Shown here one piece after another: positions 60,912-64,000 of a stretch of 64,000 nt of DNA. Position 1 is the stretch's first letter, and each line of letters starts with the position of its first letter. The notes below the pieces were generated by a model. That model was not told the origin of the DNA. It saw only the letters and a program-made list of their open reading frames with translations, and ran no database searches. The stretch covers positions 21,106 to 85,105 of the forward strand of contig CAYTTQ010000002.1 in assembly GCA_964440795.1 (NCBI GenBank), read 5' to 3'. The translations under genes were made by a program, and so were the position numbers. This stretch comes from an uncultured Desulfobacterales bacterium. GTDB lineage: Bacteria; Desulfobacterota; Desulfobacteria; Desulfobacterales; C00003060.

Positions 60912-61934
60912 ATGAGTCAGTTATTTAATGTTGCCGTTGCGGGTGCCACCGGTGCGGTGGGCAACCAGATGATCACCTGTTTGGAGGAGATGGATTTTCC
61001 CGTGAAGAGCCTGAAACTCCTGGCGACAGCCAAATCGGCGGGGCGGAAACTCCTCTTCAAGGGGCAAGAAGTCGTGGTCGAGGAACTGACCGAAACCGCC
61101 TTCAAAGGTGTGGATATGGCCATCTTCTCGGCCGGGGGTGGCACCAGTGAGCGATTTGCGCCGCTGGCCGCCGGGGACGGATGTGTGGTGGTGGACAACT
61201 CTTCAGCCTGGCGTATGGATCCGGATGTTCCGTTGGTGGTTCCAGAGGTAAACCCCCATGCGGTTGCCGGATATACCAAAAAGGGCATTATCGCCAACCC
61301 GAATTGTTCAACGATCCAGATGATTGTGGCGCTGGCCCCTTTGCACCGAAAATTCGGTATCCAGAGGATCGTGGTATCCACGTATCAAGCCGTGTCCGGC
61401 ACGGGGAAAAAGGCCGTCGACGAACTCCGGGACCAAACCCGGGCCGTTCTGGATGGTCAGGAACCGAGCAACCGGGTCTATCCTCACAGGATCGCCTTTA
61501 ATTGTTTGCCTCACATCGATGCCTTTCTGGAAAGCGGGTACACGAAAGAGGAGATGAAGATGGTCAACGAGACCCGCAAGATATTGGAAGATGACAGTAT
61601 CCGGATTACGGCGACCACCGTGCGGGTTCCTGTTTTCTACGGACATTCCGAGTCCGTAAACGTGGAAACCAGGGATCCGATCCCCCCACAAGATGTGCGA
61701 CGCTTGTTGGACAGCGCCCCGGGGGTTACCGTGGTGGACAACCCGTCGGAAAACCGTTATCCTTTGGCCGTCGATGCAGCCGGCAAGGATGACACGTTTG
61801 TGGGCCGTATTCGGGCCGACGAGTCGGTGGCCAACGGCATTAACATGTGGGTGGTTTCAGACAACATCCGTAAGGGGGCGGCAACGAACGCTGTACAAAT
61901 CGCCCAAATTCTGGCCCGGGACTACCTGGGGTAG
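60912..61934 (+). CDS. asd: Aspartate-semialdehyde dehydrogenase
   Basis: VAVAGATGAVG, NPNCSTIQM active-site Cys block. Start at ATG 60912. Confidence 0.93.
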   Translation: MSQLFNVAVAGATGAVGNQMITCLEEMDFPVKSLKLLATAKSAGRKLLFKGQEVVVEELTETAFKGVDMAIFSAGGGTSERFAPLAAGDGCVVVDNSSAWRMDPDVPLVVPEVNPHAVAGYTKKGIIANPNCSTIQMIVALAPLHRKFGIQRIVVSTYQAVSGTGKKAVDELRDQTRAVLDGQEPSNRVYPHRIAFNCLPHIDAFLESGYTKEEMKMVNETRKILEDDSIRITATTVRVPVFYGHSESVNVETRDPIPPQDVRRLLDSAPGVTVVDNPSENRYPLAVDAAGKDDTFVGRIRADESVANGINMWVVSDNIRKGAATNAVQIAQILARDYLG

Positions 61935-62009
61935 ATGGCTGTAAACTATTTTCACTGCGTCGCCGGCGGGAAAAGCCGTGGTTGGACGCATACCTGGGAT
62001 TGAACGGGT

Positions 62010-62483
62010 GTGGAACGGATACCGATTACCAAAGAGGGATATGCAGCCCTCAAAAAAGAATTGGAGCGCTTGAAATCCGTGGAACGGCCTTCCGTAATTC
62101 GGAGTATAGAAGAGGCCCGTGCTCATGGGGACCTTTCTGAAAACGCCGAATACGATGCGGCCAAAGAACGGCAGGGCTTTGTCGAGGGAAGAATCGGGGA
62201 GCTGGAGCACAAGATTGCCAAGGCGGACGTGATCGATCCCAAGACGGTGAGCACCGAGTCGGTGGTCTTTGGGTGCACCGTGGTGTTGGAAAACCTGGAT
62301 ACCGAAGAGGAGGTTCGATACCAACTGGTGGGGGTGGACGAATCCGATGCGGCCCAAGGCCGGATTTCCGTTGTGTCGCCCTTGGGTCGGGCGATGATCG
62401 GTAAGAAGGCGGGCGATGAAATCGTGGTTCAGGCGCCCGGGGGCAAAAGGGAGTTCGAGATTATCGATATCCTGACGTCATAG
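62010..62483 (+). CDS. greA: Transcription elongation factor GreA
   Basis: (M)ERIPITKEGYAALKKELERLK...DLSENAEYDAAKE; GTG start. Confidence 0.95.
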   Translation: MERIPITKEGYAALKKELERLKSVERPSVIRSIEEARAHGDLSENAEYDAAKERQGFVEGRIGELEHKIAKADVIDPKTVSTESVVFGCTVVLENLDTEEEVRYQLVGVDESDAAQGRISVVSPLGRAMIGKKAGDEIVVQAPGGKREFEIIDILTS

Positions 62484-62501
62484 ACGTGAAAGGGCGAATT
62501 C

Positions 62502-63227
62502 ATGAAGCGGCGGTTTATTGTATACATGTTCTTGTTTGTCGGCCTGATATGCGGCTGTGCCGGTCACCGGCGACAAGTGGTTCCCGCCAAGATGCCGGAG
62601 GCGTTCCCCAACGCCACCAAAGTGGCCGGGGCCACCGTTGCCGCCAGGGCGTTCGACGATGCCGGTGAAGCCAAACAGGCCTTTGGCTGGGACATTCGGG
62701 GTGCCGGGCTCTATCCCGTGCAGGTGATTTTCGATAATCTGGGCACACACGCGCTGGAGGTGGATCCGTCTCAGACCTTCCTGATCGATCAAGACCAGAA
62801 TCTTTGGTCGATACTCGATTCGTCATTGGCTTACCAACGGGTGGCGGACAAGACGGAGGTCGGCCGTATCGCCAAGTCGGCGGTCAAGCCGGGTATCTTG
62901 GCGGGCGCCGCCGGTGCTATCTTGGGTGCGGCCATCGGTATCGTAAGCGGTCAAAATGTAGGGGAAGCCGCCGGAAAAGGGGCGGCCTTGGGAGCGGCCG
63001 TCGGTGCCACCGTCGGCGGGGCGAACGCCGCGGGATCCCGGGAGGCCAGATCGGCCATATCAGAGGATCTGGAAGCCCGGTCTTTGAGCAATAAACCGAT
63101 TTTACCGCGATCGATCGCCCATGGGTTCATATTTTTTCCCGGGGAGGCCCAAGGCGCGCAAGAGTTGCGACTCCAATTGCGCGACGTGGAAAGCGGTGCG
63201 CTCTATATGGTCCGCCTTGCCCTATAG
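62502..63227 (+). CDS. Lipoprotein with C-terminal glycine-zipper region
   Basis: Lipobox FVGLICGC after a basic N-terminus. Gly/Ala-rich GILAGAAGAILGAAIGIVSG...GAALGAAVGATVGG. Confidence 0.6.
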   Translation: MKRRFIVYMFLFVGLICGCAGHRRQVVPAKMPEAFPNATKVAGATVAARAFDDAGEAKQAFGWDIRGAGLYPVQVIFDNLGTHALEVDPSQTFLIDQDQNLWSILDSSLAYQRVADKTEVGRIAKSAVKPGILAGAAGAILGAAIGIVSGQNVGEAAGKGAALGAAVGATVGGANAAGSREARSAISEDLEARSLSNKPILPRSIAHGFIFFPGEAQGAQELRLQLRDVESGALYMVRLAL

Positions 63228-63253
63228 ACTCGTTTCCTTGTCCCAGGGCTCGG

Positions 63254-63281
63254 TTGACAAGTTGGTATTTGTGGATATAAT
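63254..63281 (+). promoter_or_regulatory. Consensus sigma-70 promoter upstream of rpoZ
   Basis: TTGACA (63254-63259), 16-nt spacer, TATAAT (63276-63281). About 150 nt upstream of the rpoZ ATG. Confidence 0.5.
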
Positions 63282-63430
63282 AAAACTGTCGATTCAATCA
63301 AAAAGTCGATCAAGTTGGGACGTTTTTGCTGTCAGGCGCCATGTTTATAGGCATCCTTTCCGGGAGTGTTTCGACTAACGGCATAACTATACAGGTTTTT
63401 TAAGGCGGTAGATATTGGGAGGATATTTGA

Positions 63431-63667
63431 ATGGCTCGTATTACGGTGGAAGATTGTCTGAGGCGGGTTCCCAACAGCTATATGCTGGTGCATTGCGCGG
63501 CCAAGCGGGTGCGGCAGATGCGAGAGGGGGCACAATACCTGGTGCATTCTCCAAAGAATGAGGACATTGTCGTTGCCTTGCGGGAAATCGCCGCAGGGAA
63601 AGTACGTTTCGCAGAAACCCCGGACACTCCCGAAACTCCCGAAACTCCCGACGAATTGGAAGCATAA
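63431..63667 (+). CDS. rpoZ: DNA-directed RNA polymerase subunit omega
   Basis: [30 protein letters not shown]... Confidence 0.9.
   Translation: MARITVEDCLRRVPNSYMLVHCAAKRVRQMREGAQYLVHSPKNEDIVVALREIAAGKVRFAETPDTPETPETPDELEA
63623..63649 (+). repeat. 9-bp coding tandem repeat (GACACTCCC GAAACTCCC GAAACTCCC) in the rpoZ tail
   Basis: Encodes the ...[13 protein letters not shown] tail of omega. Confidence 0.85.
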
Positions 63668-63676
63668 CCTCTCCCG

Positions 63677-64000
63677 ATGTCTCGATACAGAGACCGTTCT
63701 ATGCGACGGGCCGTGGGTCGGGCACTCCATGACTATGAGATGATTACCGACGGCGATCAGGTCGCCGTCGGTCTGTCCGGTGGCAAAGACAGCTTGGCCC
63801 TGATGTGGGCGCTTCGAGAACGCTTAAACCGCATACCCATTCGTTATTCGCTTCTGGGTGTCTATATCGATTTGGGGTTTCCGGAAAGTCCGTCCCGGCA
63901 GATCTCGGACTATTGCCGTGAGATGGCGTATCCCCTTCAGGTGGAATACACCGATTGCGGGGTTCGCGGTCACAGTGCTGAAAACAGGGAAAATCCGTGT
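63677..64000 (+). CDS. TtcA-family PP-loop tRNA thiolation ATPase (5' partial; runs off the window)
   Basis: Hand translation MSRYRDRSMRRAVGRALHDYEMITDGDQVAVGLSGGKDSLALMW...ENRENPC. SGGKDS PP-loop. Open to the window end. Confidence 0.8.
   Translation, partial: MSRYRDRSMRRAVGRALHDYEMITDGDQVAVGLSGGKDSLALMWALRERLNRIPIRYSLLGVYIDLGFPESPSRQISDYCREMAYPLQVEYTDCGVRGHSAENRENPC

Overview
This 64-kb window is a chromosomal segment of moderately high GC. Hand counts give about 55-58% in most genes. Gene content suggests a Desulfobacterota/deltaproteobacterium-like organism, but that is inference only. It is almost entirely housekeeping, with no CRISPR array, rRNA, transposase, integrase or obvious defence system.

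Main blocks:
1. Signalling genes at 148-3184: a cNMP/HDOD protein and a membrane HD-GYP protein.
2. A minus-strand run carA-guaA-carB-purF-(1226-aa GlmS-like protein)-pyrG at 3206-16184. Five of the six genes are glutamine amidotransferases.
3. An AMP-nucleosidase-like gene, a decayed Na/Pi-cotransporter pseudogene, glk, hisD and a B12-binding radical SAM/TPR protein.
4. An origin-type neighbourhood: rpmH-rnpA-yidD-yidC-jag-mnmE, then rsmG, two parS sites, gyrB and dnaN. dnaA, recF, mnmG and parAB are all absent from the window.
5. tRNA-Ala(GGC) with a nearby duplicated copy of its 3' half.
6. thiC, tal, and a tolC-ftsE-ftsX-envC-ctp-yibQ run.
7. alr, pilD, lon-tsaB, psd-pssA, leuCDB, asd, greA, a lipoprotein, rpoZ and a partial ttcA-like gene.

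Most noteworthy:
- The giant GlmS-like amidotransferase inside the amidotransferase cluster.
- Twin parS sites embedded in 28- and 34-bp perfect palindromes, with no parAB nearby.
- A 55-codon dual-CXXC zinc-ribbon ORF split by an in-frame TGA. This could be selenocysteine, another recoding event, or a fresh nonsense mutation.
- A consensus sigma-54 promoter with a 185-nt leader, and a nearby FHA-type sigma-54 activator.
- A 22-nt exact direct repeat bracketing the 19-kb rpmH-to-thiC segment.
- A tRNA-Ala att-like scar.
- A low-GC dnaN-gyrB block.

All calls rest on reading the supplied translations and sequence by eye. Start codons I refined by hand are approximate. No database search or RNA folding was run.
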